A stretch of DNA of 64,000 bases from a virus (lineage: Duplodnaviria; Caudoviricetes). The notes beneath the pieces were generated by a model. That model did no database searches. It was not told the DNA's origin and saw only the letters and a list, made by a program, of their open reading frames with translations. The stretch is from positions 1 to 64,000 of IMG/VR virus record IMGVR_UViG_3300009873_000009; one strand, given 5' to 3'. This document shows positions 35,562 to 45,553 of the stretch, in pieces. The first letter of the stretch is position 1, and every line of letters begins with the position of its first letter. The position numbers and the translations under genes are program-made.

Positions 35562-37960
35562 TAGTAAAATCCTCCTTGAACGTACTGGAGGAGGATAACG
35601 TAAAGAGCGACCCGACCGCCAGACACATCTACGAAACTTTCTAAAGTAGCAGCGCCCGCCAATAAAGAAGCGGCCGCGGTGTAGGTCGGGGTCTCGTGCT
35701 GGGCAAACGCAGACAACGTCGCACCGCTCACTGTCAACGAGGCCAAGGCCGTATAGGTGGGAAGACTGAACCCCACCGAGGCCGTGAGGACAGCACCCGC
35801 CACCAAAAGGGAGGAGGCGGCTGTGTAAGTTGGGGGGTCATGGTCTGCGAGCGCGCTCAAGACAGCAGGAGCGGTAGTCAATCCAGCCGAAGCGGTGTAG
35901 ACAGGAGGGTCGTGCTCCACCGACGCCGACAACTCTGCGGGAGCTGCCAGCAGCGCAACCGAAGCGGTGTAGACAGGAGGGTCGTGCTCCGCGCTCACGC
36001 TCAAAATAGCGGGTGCTGCAACCGCCACAACCGTCGCGGTATAGGTTGGATCACTGTAACTCGCAGCCGCCACAATCACAGCAGGAGCTGCCCCAAGATC
36101 AACAACAGCCGTGTAGACAGGAGGGTCATGCTCCGCAGAAGCGGCAAGAACAGCAGCTGCGGTTTCCATGGAAACCGCAGCTGTCTTCGTTCCCGCTTCA
36201 AACGTCACTGACGCAGCAAGGGTGGCGGCGGTGGCCATCAACGCAGCCGAGGCGGTGTAGACAGGAGGGTCATGGTCTGCCGAAGCCGCAAGAACAGTGG
36301 GTGTGACAATCAACGCAGCCGAAGCGGAGTAGACAGGAGGGTCGTGCTCCGCCGACGCTGCTAGTGTTGCAGCCGCGGCAACCAATGCGGCAGACGCAGT
36401 ATAAGTAGAAGGTCCGCCAGAAAAGGAAGCCGAAGCCGCAAGAGTAGCGGCCCCCACAGTAAGACCCGCCACCGCAGTAAACGGACCTGAGGAGTAGCCC
36501 ACCGCATAGGCGATGGAGCTGGCGTTCTCAAACTTAACCTGCAACAAACCATCCGAGTCAGTGTAGCAGGCGAACGCGGCAGTGCTCCGAAAGTCACTAT
36601 AGAGGTCGTCGCTGCTTCCCTTCGTTCGCACCGCCCAGCTGACGGCAGCATTGGTAGTGAGACGAGCAGCGAGTCCGAATATACAGATCTCTGACTCCAC
36701 GGCATCGACATACAAACGAGGAGCGTCTTGCGGGGACGAGTTCTCGGACATGCGGAAATTGAAGTCCCGCGTGGCTGTGGCGCTTCCCTGGATGATGACA
36801 CTCACAGCGTTATTGTTACTCCAGCCGGGCCTAGCCAGCACCTCGTGCACGGGACCGCTTATGTCGATGAGAATCCACTTAGCGGCAACCACGCCCAAGT
36901 CGGCCACGCTGAACGTGACCGACGCAGTAGTGCGAGTGCGTCCACTGATGTCACTCGCTGCCGTTGTGAACGTAGCTGAGTCATCTACGTCCTCACACCA
37001 AATCGTAATATCGGGTTCGTCAGTTCCGGAGCCTCCGACCCTCACGGCCAAGTAGACCTTCGGGGTGGAGCCGTTACTCTCGTCAAAGTTATCAAACCGT
37101 AAGCCGACCCAATCCGTCGTAGCGTCTAGGTCGTTTGTGCTGGTCACACCCGTGAGCGTGACAGTCGTACCAATCTGGTGCGCATCGTCACTGCCGGCCG
37201 CGATCAAGTATTCTCGACGCCGAACGGGGAAACAGTCCGAGTAGCTGCCAGCCGCTCCGTTGTGGTGAATCGGCTGCGAATTCACGAATCCGACGAAGCC
37301 GGAATGCAGCCAGCCCGAAAGCTGAAACTCTGCCGAGCTGGTGGAGGTGTTGTAAGCTTCGTATATCTCATTGGCGTCGAGAACCACCCACGCGCCAGTA
37401 CCGCTAGGAGGGGACGCCCCGCCGGAGGTCGGATAGAAAGTGTCCTCGTCGTCCGTACTGCCGTTGCAGCGGACTCCCGCCCGCGTGGCACCGGGTGTCA
37501 TTCCATTGTCTCGTGAGATCACCAAGAAGGCGAGCTTAGCTATTTCACTTCCCGTGTCGCCGCTGATGTCTACGTCGCCCCAGGCGTCCGAGCCGCCGGA
37601 ATCTATGACGCGATTGGTCAGTCCTGTTCCTTCCGAGAGGAGCACCTCCTTGTGCAGCCAGAGGTGGATGCCGGTTCCAGAGCTAAGCGCCTGGACTTTC
37701 GCCTCCAGTATGTCCCCACTGTCCACCTTCACGAAGATGTCCGTCTGAGCGTTAGGCGGAATCAGAAGGTAGTGGTCGTCCGTGCTCCCGTTGCAACGGA
37801 GGCCCACGGAACGAGTATTGCTGATATTCGTGTTCTGAACTCGGATGATAACGCCGGCTAGATTGCCGGCGTTCTGGACGAGGGATGACACGTCCACGTC
37901 ATAGTAGTTTGTGCCGTCCCGCGTAGGGGTCACGTCCACGGGTGCTATGTCAAGAGGCAT
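35561..37960 (-). CDS. Large virion surface protein with 24-aa Ala-rich repeats
   Basis: 799 aa; C-terminal (A/S)xS(A/V)EHDPPVYTASAAL repeats. Confidence 0.75.
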   Translation of the reverse strand: MPLDIAPVDVTPTRDGTNYYDVDVSSLVQNAGNLAGVIIRVQNTNISNTRSVGLRCNGSTDDHYLLIPPNAQTDIFVKVDSGDILEAKVQALSSGTGIHLWLHKEVLLSEGTGLTNRVIDSGGSDAWGDVDISGDTGSEIAKLAFLVISRDNGMTPGATRAGVRCNGSTDDEDTFYPTSGGASPPSGTGAWVVLDANEIYEAYNTSTSSAEFQLSGWLHSGFVGFVNSQPIHHNGAAGSYSDCFPVRRREYLIAAGSDDAHQIGTTVTLTGVTSTNDLDATTDWVGLRFDNFDESNGSTPKVYLAVRVGGSGTDEPDITIWCEDVDDSATFTTAASDISGRTRTTASVTFSVADLGVVAAKWILIDISGPVHEVLARPGWSNNNAVSVIIQGSATATRDFNFRMSENSSPQDAPRLYVDAVESEICIFGLAARLTTNAAVSWAVRTKGSSDDLYSDFRSTAAFACYTDSDGLLQVKFENASSIAYAVGYSSGPFTAVAGLTVGAATLAASASFSGGPSTYTASAALVAAAATLAASAEHDPPVYSASAALIVTPTVLAASADHDPPVYTASAALMATAATLAASVTFEAGTKTAAVSMETAAAVLAASAEHDPPVYTAVVDLGAAPAVIVAAASYSDPTYTATVVAVAAPAILSVSAEHDPPVYTASVALLAAPAELSASVEHDPPVYTASAGLTTAPAVLSALADHDPPTYTAASSLLVAGAVLTASVGFSLPTYTALASLTVSGATLSAFAQHETPTYTAAASLLAGAATLESFVDVSGGRVALYVILLQYVQGGFY
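35640..36500 (-). repeat. 72-bp degenerate coding tandem repeat (about 11-12 units)
   Basis: GTGTAGACAGGAGGGTC recurs at 72-bp spacing (e.g. 35895 and 35967). Confidence 0.85.
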
Positions 37961-37961
37961 G

Positions 37962-38570
37962 TTAGCGGACTACCTCCACTTCTATGCCCGCAGCTTTAAG
38001 AGCTTCCAGTCTAACCGCCGACGCCGCCCGCTTGCTTACAGTGCGAGGCTGTCCATTCACGTCTGTGCTTTCGCGGTCCAGGTCTGCATACCGCTCCTGC
38101 ACTGGCAGAGTGTCGTGATATGCCGCCCTCGCCTGTGTAAGCTGCTCGTCAAGGGCCGATTGCAGCCGCTCGAATAGCTGCTTGGCCGTCATGGCAAGAA
38201 GTGTCACGCGGCCTTGGAGATCAATACTGCGCGTGCGGCTGGGATCGCCGGGCACAACGTCGTAGACGATGCCGTCCTTGCCGGGGAAGGGATGCGAGAC
38301 GCCCGATTGCCAGCCGTTGGCCCAATAGTGCTTGCCAGTCGTGCCGAACGAGCGAAGGTGTGTGTTGGCGGGCTGCTGCTCTTGCCGCGTGATCGCAGAG
38401 ACGATCTCCTTTCCGTCGGCATCCAGAATGGCGGGCCGTACAATGACCGTGGCCCACTCCCATCTCCGGTCCCCGTAATAGCAACGATTCAGTCTCTCGC
38501 GAGCGGCCTCGAATGGCGGGTCGGTGACGCGGCGAACCCGCTCGAATTTGATGCGACTGTAATTGGACAT
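37962..38570 (-). CDS. Hypothetical protein
   Basis: 202 aa, coupled in the operon. Confidence 0.7.
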   Translation of the reverse strand: MSNYSRIKFERVRRVTDPPFEAARERLNRCYYGDRRWEWATVIVRPAILDADGKEIVSAITRQEQQPANTHLRSFGTTGKHYWANGWQSGVSHPFPGKDGIVYDVVPGDPSRTRSIDLQGRVTLLAMTAKQLFERLQSALDEQLTQARAAYHDTLPVQERYADLDRESTDVNGQPRTVSKRAASAVRLEALKAAGIEVEVVR

Positions 38571-38965
38571 TACGGTTCAACGTAGAGGTAGATATCCCCT
38601 TCTTTCTCCGCGCCCGCGCCCGCGATCACAAGGTTCAATTCGTCCGCGAGAGCAACAGGAGCTGCGGAGCTCACCGCGTCCACAATCGTCTCCACTCCGG
38701 GAGCGATGGTCTCAGCTTCCGTTGCCGAGCGGTCAGCCCCCTGTCCGTTCAGTACGTCATAGCCCGCACTGTCCAGGAGGGTGACGTCATAGTCCGCGTC
38801 CGGAGCCGGGTCGCCTGGCGCGAACGACACCCGCCGGAGGATACCGGAGATGTAGCTGGTGGTGACATCCACCGCCCCGCTGCCATCGCTCACCCAATGA
38901 AGGTGATACTTCAGCAGCCGGTTAAGAGGATTGCCGACGAGGACTTCTTCCATGGAGCCGGCCAT
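38570..38965 (-). CDS. Hypothetical virion protein
   Basis: Acidic beta-rich ORF; start MAGS after GGAG. Confidence 0.7.
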   Translation of the reverse strand: MAGSMEEVLVGNPLNRLLKYHLHWVSDGSGAVDVTTSYISGILRRVSFAPGDPAPDADYDVTLLDSAGYDVLNGQGADRSATEAETIAPGVETIVDAVSSAAPVALADELNLVIAGAGAEKEGDIYLYVEP

Positions 38966-39002
38966 AGCTAACACTCCGGAGGGGGTCGAGAATCAAAACG
39001 GA

Positions 39003-39710
39003 CTACAGCTTATCGTTCGTCAGGGGCTCACGATCGAGCTCCAGCTCGGTGGCGTGCCACAGCAGATGGAACAGCATGTCCCGAAGCTCGGTGCTTTCCA
39101 GAGCGGGCTTCGGGACTCGAGGAGTGCCACGAATCTCATCCTCGAAGGTCTTCTGGACGAGAGCCGAGCACTCGACCCACTCGTCGTAGGAGCCGGTCGA
39201 GAACGCTTCAAACACAGCCCGCAGTGCCATGTCGTACGTCTTGTCATCCACCCGCTGCAAAGCAGCCAAGACTTCCCGATACTGCGCCCCCGCGGGCGAA
39301 GCCGCGAAGTCCTTGGCCCATTGCGGCATCACCGAATCGTAGATCGCGCCGCGGAGGGACAGCCGCCACGCTTCCAGCTTGTCCCCATTGCGTCGTGCCT
39401 CCTCGACCTGGACACCGTCAAAGACGGCCTGCATCATCTTCAGCTCATCCTTCCACGGGATGGCGTCAAAGAGACGCTTGGCGATCTCCGAATCCAGATC
39501 AATAATGATCCCCCGCCCGCTCGGATGGGGACGTCCCTCGCCGGTGGACTCCGGTTCCTCCCACCAGGCTTTGACGCAAGCGAGGAGATACCTGGCCCAA
39601 TCCCCGACCTGGGACTTGGGATCGAGGCCGTCCACGAGCTGGGTATAGTGCGCCAGGATGGCGTCTGTAAGCGGCGGAGCGAAGCTCCCGCCGAATCGTT
39701 GCTTGGCCAT
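39003..39710 (-). CDS. Hypothetical protein
   Basis: 235 aa, coupled. Confidence 0.7.
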   Translation of the reverse strand: MAKQRFGGSFAPPLTDAILAHYTQLVDGLDPKSQVGDWARYLLACVKAWWEEPESTGEGRPHPSGRGIIIDLDSEIAKRLFDAIPWKDELKMMQAVFDGVQVEEARRNGDKLEAWRLSLRGAIYDSVMPQWAKDFAASPAGAQYREVLAALQRVDDKTYDMALRAVFEAFSTGSYDEWVECSALVQKTFEDEIRGTPRVPKPALESTELRDMLFHLLWHATELELDREPLTNDKL

Positions 39711-39711
39711 G

Positions 39712-40116
39712 TTAGCTGATGGGCTGGGTGAGGGTCATGCTGCTGATGGCAATCGTGCCACCAGCCACGATGACGTTGTTGTCGAAGTCATAATCACCAC
39801 TGCCCTGGCCGCACGTGGCGTCGGCCAGGACGTTGAGGTCGCTATCCGTGATGGTGGCGGTAAGCGCGGTTCCGCTGTTGTCCGCACTGGTATCGCTGGA
39901 GATGGCACTCGCTGTAGCAACGCCCGTTGAGGCGTTACCGAAGGCGGGATCGCTGAAGGTAAGCGTTCCCAAGATCGTGCCATACGTCCCACCGACTGAG
40001 CCGGGCTGCGTGCCGGTGTAGATCTTGGTCGTGCCAGCGCCCGACCCTTGGTCGATGGTATCCACGATGCCGTTGCAACCGTTGTTGCGCATCGTGGTTC
40101 CGAGTCGAAGTGCCAT
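39712..40116 (-). CDS. Putative head decoration/structural protein
   Basis: 134 aa, Gly/Thr/Ser-rich; KIYTGTQP, LTFSDPAF. Confidence 0.65.
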   Translation of the reverse strand: MALRLGTTMRNNGCNGIVDTIDQGSGAGTTKIYTGTQPGSVGGTYGTILGTLTFSDPAFGNASTGVATASAISSDTSADNSGTALTATITDSDLNVLADATCGQGSGDYDFDNNVIVAGGTIAISSMTLTQPIS

Positions 40117-40163
40117 AAGGATAACTCCTGACCAGCGGTTTCAGTGGTGGACGTTCTCGTCGG

Positions 40164-40640
40164 CTAATCCGACAAGGCCAAGATCAGCTTCTTCACCGCC
40201 TTGGCGTCGATGCCGTTGCCCTTCTTGAGCGGCTTGTCGGGACGGTCGTTGTCCGTGACGAAGTGGACGTCGCCCTTCAGGAAAACGTGGAGGCCCGCCT
40301 TCTCCGCTCCCGGGAACAGGTCGGTGACGTCGTCTCCGAGAGCGCTAGACGTCACCGCGGGAGCGGTCTTGTCCTTCGCGTCCTTCTCGGGAGCCGGGCT
40401 CGGCGAGGGGGCGGAGGCGGCCGCAACGGTGGCGCGCGGCTCCGTGACCTCGTCGGGAGCGGTCACTTCGGGAACACCCGCTGCGAACCGCTCGAATTTT
40501 TCCTTGCCGAAAATCTTGTCCAGAGGGAGCGGGCTGTCAAACACCACGTCCGGCCCCTTGGGAAGTTTCTTGTACGACACCGTCTGACCATTCGGCAGGG
40601 TCTCGGTGTGTCCTCCGACGAGCAACTTGAAGCGCGGCAT
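40164..40640 (-). CDS. Hypothetical protein after major capsid gene
   Basis: MPRFKLLVGGHTE..., GGAG RBS, Ala/Pro linker. Confidence 0.7.
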   Translation of the reverse strand: MPRFKLLVGGHTETLPNGQTVSYKKLPKGPDVVFDSPLPLDKIFGKEKFERFAAGVPEVTAPDEVTEPRATVAAASAPSPSPAPEKDAKDKTAPAVTSSALGDDVTDLFPGAEKAGLHVFLKGDVHFVTDNDRPDKPLKKGNGIDAKAVKKLILALSD

Positions 40641-40670
40641 CTTCTTGGTCTCCTGATGCGCTGTTATTAG

Positions 40671-40706
40671 GAAAAGACCGGCGGGGTATGTATACCCCGC
40701 CGGTCT
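40671..40706 (-). terminator. Intrinsic terminator after major capsid gene
   Basis: AGACCGGCGGGGTAT/ATACCCCGCCGGTCT perfect stem, followed by TTTT on the minus strand. Confidence 0.8.
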
Positions 40707-40738
40707 CGGGAAGCCTATCAATCAACCGCCCTCAGATG

Positions 40739-41797
40739 CTAGGCGGTCGCGCCATGCACGATCCCGCAGTTGCCGTTGTAGTCGGCCCGAACCTGCGGAA
40801 CCCAGATGCACATGACCTTATAGTGCAGCTGAAGTCCGCCCTTGGACTCCCACTGCACCGTGGTCATTTCCATCCCGCTCACCGCGCGGACGACGTCGTT
40901 CGTCATCTGCACGAGGAGCAGGTCGTAGTTCTCGAGGTAGTCGAGAGTGCGGCAATCCTGAATGCCGTCGATCTTCTTCAGCCGCTCGCGGAGCGTGAGG
41001 TCGCCCTTCGCGGCCGAATAGTCGTCATCCATGTATGCATCCCAGCTGGGGGAGCAATACAGCATCCAGGGACCGTAGTGGAAGTCGGCTTGGCTCTTCG
41101 CCTTCATGGCAAGCACCTGGCCGACGAGAGTGGCCGGCGTCCAACCGCCGGACGTCGGAGACGTCAGCGTATGGGTGTTCCGGCTGGGGAAGTTCTTGAG
41201 GCCGTAGATCGTACCGCCGCCATAGGCGTACGTGTCGGCGACACCGATCGTCAGCTTCTCCACTTCCTCCGCCACTCGACGAGCCGCGAGCTCAGCGCTC
41301 GTGGTGTCGAGGGGGCTTCCGCCACTCCGGCTCGCCGCGATCTGGCGGGCGGTGAAGCTGAAGTCCTTGTGGATGATCGGCAGCGGCAGGTTCGTGAGAT
41401 CGAACAGCGGCCGATCGTTGTCACCTTCGCGGACGCCGTCCATCGAGATGATGGCCGGACCGATGTCGGACTGGCGTTCGGTCTCCAGGACCGTCTTGCC
41501 CATGCCGTTCGGAATGCTGAAGCTGAGACCCGCGCCCCGGATGTCGGCCCAGGCGCGGAGGCGGGGCTTGGCCGCCTTCACGATGGCCTCGTCCAGAATC
41601 TTCCAATCGTCCTTGCGCAGGGTGGCGGGAGTGTTCGTGACGATCACTTCCACCTTCCCATTGCGCACGACGTTGCGGTACATCCGACCGTCGTCGCCCA
41701 TCCACGGACGGAGGACGTTGTGGTCAAAGCCCGCATTCATCAAGATCGTGGCTACGTCGCCATGACCCTGACCATTCATGACAAAATCGAGGTTCAC
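40739..41797 (-). CDS. Major capsid protein (HK97 fold, encapsulin/Linocin-M18-like)
   Basis: LPLPIIHKDFSFTARQIAASR...PLDT..AE.AARRVAEEVE; follows the protease and decoration genes. Confidence 0.85.
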   Translation of the reverse strand: MNLDFVMNGQGHGDVATILMNAGFDHNVLRPWMGDDGRMYRNVVRNGKVEVIVTNTPATLRKDDWKILDEAIVKAAKPRLRAWADIRGAGLSFSIPNGMGKTVLETERQSDIGPAIISMDGVREGDNDRPLFDLTNLPLPIIHKDFSFTARQIAASRSGGSPLDTTSAELAARRVAEEVEKLTIGVADTYAYGGGTIYGLKNFPSRNTHTLTSPTSGGWTPATLVGQVLAMKAKSQADFHYGPWMLYCSPSWDAYMDDDYSAAKGDLTLRERLKKIDGIQDCRTLDYLENYDLLLVQMTNDVVRAVSGMEMTTVQWESKGGLQLHYKVMCIWVPQVRADYNGNCGIVHGATA

Positions 41798-41870
41798 AGT
41801 GCTGTCCTTTCAGTAAGGGCTATGGCAACCAATCCACCACGACGAGTGAGGGACGGGACTGCTCTATTTG

Positions 41871-42782
41871 CTAGGCCGCGCGGGCCTTGATGAACGCCTC
41901 GGAACTGCCGGCGCTGTTGTCGACCGCCTCCACCGCGACCGCCACAAGCTGCGTCGCCGAGCGCGAACGCTCGACCACGAGCTGGGTAAGCTCGGCTTCG
42001 TTGTCAGCGTGAGCCGCCGACCAGTCGGCATTGATGGCGATCTCGATGCCGGCCGTGGTATCGGTCGTCGTCTCCTCCTTGAAGAACGGCTTGGCCGTGA
42101 CGGTCCCGGGAACACCGAGAGCCTGCACGCCCTGCGCCGTATACTTGCCGGAGGCGCCCACCGCTCGAAAGACGAGGATGGCTTCGAAGTAGCCGACGTC
42201 CCCGTCCGCCACGTCCACCGCGCCGGTGGTGGCGATGGTGACGTTGCCAACCTGAAGCAGCAGCGTCAGAGTGTCGGTGCTGTTGTTGTCGTTCACCGTC
42301 ACCTGACCGCGAATCTTGATGATGTCGCCGGCCTGGAGGGTGTTCGCCGGGATGGTGTAGGACTTGTCAAAGTCCGCCGCATCCGTGGTGTTCTCATGCT
42401 CGGCGCTATCCGCCGTGTTGGCGTACAGAACCGTGTCCGCGATCTGAGCGGACTTGACCAAGCAGCCATCACCGTTGGAGACCAGCGGGTCTCCAATCAC
42501 CACCGCGGCCGCATTGGCAGGGAGACGCGCCTGGACAACGTCACCCGGCTTGCATACGGCCACGGGGACAATGTCGTCCTCGGCGTACGCATCCGTGATG
42601 GTCTTGCCCTGGAGTGCGTCCTCCTTGGCGAACAGGCGCTCGGCCCATCCGCCGGGCATGGCGTGCTTCTTCACCTTGCCGGTGGAGAGAAGCGTGAGCA
42701 GGTGGCCGGGCTTCAGCGCGGCGGATGCGGGATACTCCTCATGCGCCGGGCAGCCCTTGACCTCAATACGATTCAGGGACAT
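41871..42782 (-). CDS. Capsid decoration/cement protein with internal insertion
   Basis: EEYPASAALKPGHLL, EDALQGKTITDAYA, L.SNGDGCL, C-terminal AVAVEAVD..FIKAR. Confidence 0.65.
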   Translation of the reverse strand: MSLNRIEVKGCPAHEEYPASAALKPGHLLTLLSTGKVKKHAMPGGWAERLFAKEDALQGKTITDAYAEDDIVPVAVCKPGDVVQARLPANAAAVVIGDPLVSNGDGCLVKSAQIADTVLYANTADSAEHENTTDAADFDKSYTIPANTLQAGDIIKIRGQVTVNDNNSTDTLTLLLQVGNVTIATTGAVDVADGDVGYFEAILVFRAVGASGKYTAQGVQALGVPGTVTAKPFFKEETTTDTTAGIEIAINADWSAAHADNEAELTQLVVERSRSATQLVAVAVEAVDNSAGSSEAFIKARAA

Positions 42783-42849
42783 AGATCAATCTCCGAAGGG
42801 GTTTCCAAAACGAATCACAACGGGGCTAGCCAGGGGCTAGAGAGGTTGT

Positions 42850-44307
42850 CTACTTCTTCTCGAAGTTGAAGACGGGGCCGGGCAGCGGCTCCTCCTTCAC
42901 CGGGGCCGCATTGGTCTGCGGGGCACCCGCGGCTCCGAGGAACGACGGCGTGTACGCCGGCGCGGCACTGCCGTTCGCAGCGGGGGCCGTCGGGGTTGCG
43001 AGCTCGGCCAGCGCCTGAAGCTCACCGAGCTCCTTGGTGGTAAGCTGCTCCTTGGTGAAGCGGTTCTTGCTGTTGGCCGTGATGACGGCGATCAGACGGT
43101 CCCGCTCGGCGTTGTACGCCACGAGCCCATTCTGGAGCATGCCACGCATCTCCGGCGGAGCCTGGGCGATGAACTGTTCCGGCGTCTGCTTCGCGTTCGC
43201 GGCGGGGGCCGCAGGCGCAGGCGTGGTTGCCGGCGGGAGGGTGGTGGTCGTTTCCGGGACCGGATCTTCGGCGTTCTTCACGACCTTGTCGAAAAGGCCG
43301 TCGGGCATCTCCATCAGAGACTTCCGATCGGACTCATCGAACTTCTTGTTGACGATGAGCTGGTTGACACGCTGCTCGCGGTTCATAGAACTGCTCTCCT
43401 GGTGAGGGGGTTGAGCCGCATTCCGAGCAACGCCGTCAGCGGCTTTCCAATCTGTTACGCGACGAACCTCTGTGGGCAAGCCAGTCAGAGACGCTTTGCC
43501 GTCCTTGATGGTGTAACCCTGGCGGAAGAACGTGCCGTCTTTGGAGTAGACGAAGTCGCTATCGAAGACATCTTCCACCCACACCGGCATCGGCTTGTCA
43601 TTCAAACCGAACTTGTCCACCAGCATTTGATAAAGCAGCTGCGTAATTTCCTGGAAGCTCATCTCGTGCAGGATGAGACCCGACCGATGCGCCATGCGGG
43701 AAACGGCTTGCGCCATCGCCCGCTGCACCGCCGGGTCTTTCAACTGCGCTTCGTTGAGCCGCAGGAAACCAGCACCGTCCGCGATCGAGCACGCCCCGAT
43801 CTTGTCCGGCAGGAGCGCGAGATGGTCGGGCTTGTAGTTGCGAGCGATGGCCCGATAGGCCTCCCCGCGCCACTCCCCCTCCTTGTCCTCGTTCTCCGTG
43901 AACAACCCGGTCGAGAGCTCCATCACTTCGTTGCGCTCGATGGCTTCGAGAACCCGCAGGTCCACTTCCTTCGCGCGCTGCTCGTCAATCCAGGCTTCCG
44001 CCGTCAGCTTGCCGTTCTTGTAGGCGGTGTTCATCACCACCCCGACCTTGCGGGTCGTGAGAATGACAGGGTCGCAAGCGGAAACGCCGCGGCCGTCCTT
44101 CTCAGGATGGTAGACCACCACCGGCTTGTGGTTCCAGACTTCCGGAAACTTCGCAAGCTCGTCGCTAGGGTACAGCAGGGGTCCATTGCTTCCAGCGTGC
44201 ACACCCTCCGTCATCATGACCATCGGGACGACGAGATAGTCTCGCCCTTCCATCTTGTCGTGGCGGACAAGGCCGGTCAAGTTCGTGACGATGCGTTGCA
44301 GAATCAT
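42850..44307 (-). CDS. DUF2213-like prohead protease fused to scaffold
   Basis: PVVVYHP, ELSTG, PDHLALL, GACS..DGAG; low-complexity scaffold tail. Confidence 0.8.
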   Translation of the reverse strand: MILQRIVTNLTGLVRHDKMEGRDYLVVPMVMMTEGVHAGSNGPLLYPSDELAKFPEVWNHKPVVVYHPEKDGRGVSACDPVILTTRKVGVVMNTAYKNGKLTAEAWIDEQRAKEVDLRVLEAIERNEVMELSTGLFTENEDKEGEWRGEAYRAIARNYKPDHLALLPDKIGACSIADGAGFLRLNEAQLKDPAVQRAMAQAVSRMAHRSGLILHEMSFQEITQLLYQMLVDKFGLNDKPMPVWVEDVFDSDFVYSKDGTFFRQGYTIKDGKASLTGLPTEVRRVTDWKAADGVARNAAQPPHQESSSMNREQRVNQLIVNKKFDESDRKSLMEMPDGLFDKVVKNAEDPVPETTTTLPPATTPAPAAPAANAKQTPEQFIAQAPPEMRGMLQNGLVAYNAERDRLIAVITANSKNRFTKEQLTTKELGELQALAELATPTAPAANGSAAPAYTPSFLGAAGAPQTNAAPVKEEPLPGPVFNFEKK

Positions 44308-44361
44308 AAAACCACTGCTCCCGAAGAAGGCCTGAATATCCCCTAGCACTTCGGATGATGT

Positions 44362-44934
44362 CTAGGGACTGGCGATTATTGGTGGACTAACCGCTGGTGG
44401 GATTGTCGTGCTCGTGCTTGTGGTAGTCGGTTCCGGTGTTGTGGTGGTGGCTACCACCGAATTGGTTTCCACCTTGGTTGATACCGTGGTGTGACCATCC
44501 TGTTGCCGGACCTTCACTTGCACCGACTCCTCCTTGCCCTTCTGATCCGTCAGCAACCCATCCAAGCTCCGACTGAGAATGGGAGGGATAGGCACTCCTG
44601 CCTTCCGGGCGTTCTCCAGCACGCTCAGCCCTTCGTTGATGACGAAGAAGCCGGCGGTGAGCTTAGACAGGGGAAGGTCGGGTTGCATGGATTCGAGCGC
44701 GGCCGCCGCTCCAATGATAAGCAGGATCGAGCACTTACGCATCATCCCCACGAAACTGACCTTGCTGGAAAGCTCTCCTTGTACGACCGCCGCACACATC
44801 CCGGACGCCACGTCCAGGACCATCATGACCAGCAGCAGCCCAATCATTGGATATTGGGCGTATTGATGTAACGCCCATTCCGTCCATGCGTCCATGGGAA
44901 CTGTAGCAAGTAGGGGTGTCATAGGGAATAGCAC
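44362..44934 (-). CDS. Holin (phage holin family 4-like) with Thr/Pro tail
   Basis: TM helices, LDVASG, GMMRK, NEGLSVLEN...GVPIP. Confidence 0.75.
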   Translation of the reverse strand: MLFPMTPLLATVPMDAWTEWALHQYAQYPMIGLLLVMMVLDVASGMCAAVVQGELSSKVSFVGMMRKCSILLIIGAAAALESMQPDLPLSKLTAGFFVINEGLSVLENARKAGVPIPPILSRSLDGLLTDQKGKEESVQVKVRQQDGHTTVSTKVETNSVVATTTTPEPTTTSTSTTIPPAVSPPIIASP

Positions 44935-44993
44935 CAGGCTGGCGGGTCGCTACTCCCGCCAGCCAACTAAGAAACTATGACCCGCAGCGAGGA

Positions 44994-45380
44994 TCAGGCT
45001 CGACCGAACAGTCGAGCAAACAGGTTGCGGATGGCGCCGAAGCCTCGACGAACCGGCTGGCGATTGGCGAAGAACGTCCTCACCGGACGCGCCGCAACAA
45101 TGGTTCTGATCGGACCTCCCGAGGCCGAGCACGAACCTCCGTGACAGGACACGAACTCCTCGACTCCGGGGGCCTGTGAGACTGGTGCAGGATCGGGGAG
45201 ACCGTCCCACGCCTTGGCGACCGGCTCGCTGATCACAGACAGGAACACGGTATGATCCACCGTCTCGAAGGACGCCGCCGCCTGCGGCTCGCTCGCCGTA
45301 TCGAACAAGCTCGCATCCGCTGCCTTCGCCGTTCCGGCCCACGCCATACACGCCAGCACACACGCGATCAAATCTCGCAT
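44994..45380 (-). CDS. Secreted protein with Arg-rich C-terminus
   Basis: Signal peptide MRDLIACVLACMAWAGTAKA; C..GSC...RPVRTFFANRQPVRR. Confidence 0.7.
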   Translation of the reverse strand: MRDLIACVLACMAWAGTAKAADASLFDTASEPQAAASFETVDHTVFLSVISEPVAKAWDGLPDPAPVSQAPGVEEFVSCHGGSCSASGGPIRTIVAARPVRTFFANRQPVRRGFGAIRNLFARLFGRA

Positions 45381-45394
45381 AGCAAAATCTCCTG

Positions 45395-45544
45395 TTAAGG
45401 GGAACAGAAAAGCCAGACTCCAAGCTGCCAGATCGCCGCCAGGATCACAAACGCAAACAGCACGAGGACAGGAAAGCCGCAACCGCCCGAGGAGGCAGCG
45501 CCGCTCCAATCGTAACCGCCGAAGCGTTCGTCTGATGGGATCAT
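45395..45544 (-). CDS. 49-aa membrane protein
   Basis: MIPSDERF...PVLVLFAFVILAAIWQLGVWLFCSP. Confidence 0.5.
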   Translation of the reverse strand: MIPSDERFGGYDWSGAASSGGCGFPVLVLFAFVILAAIWQLGVWLFCSP

Positions 45545-45553
45545 GGGTTTGAG

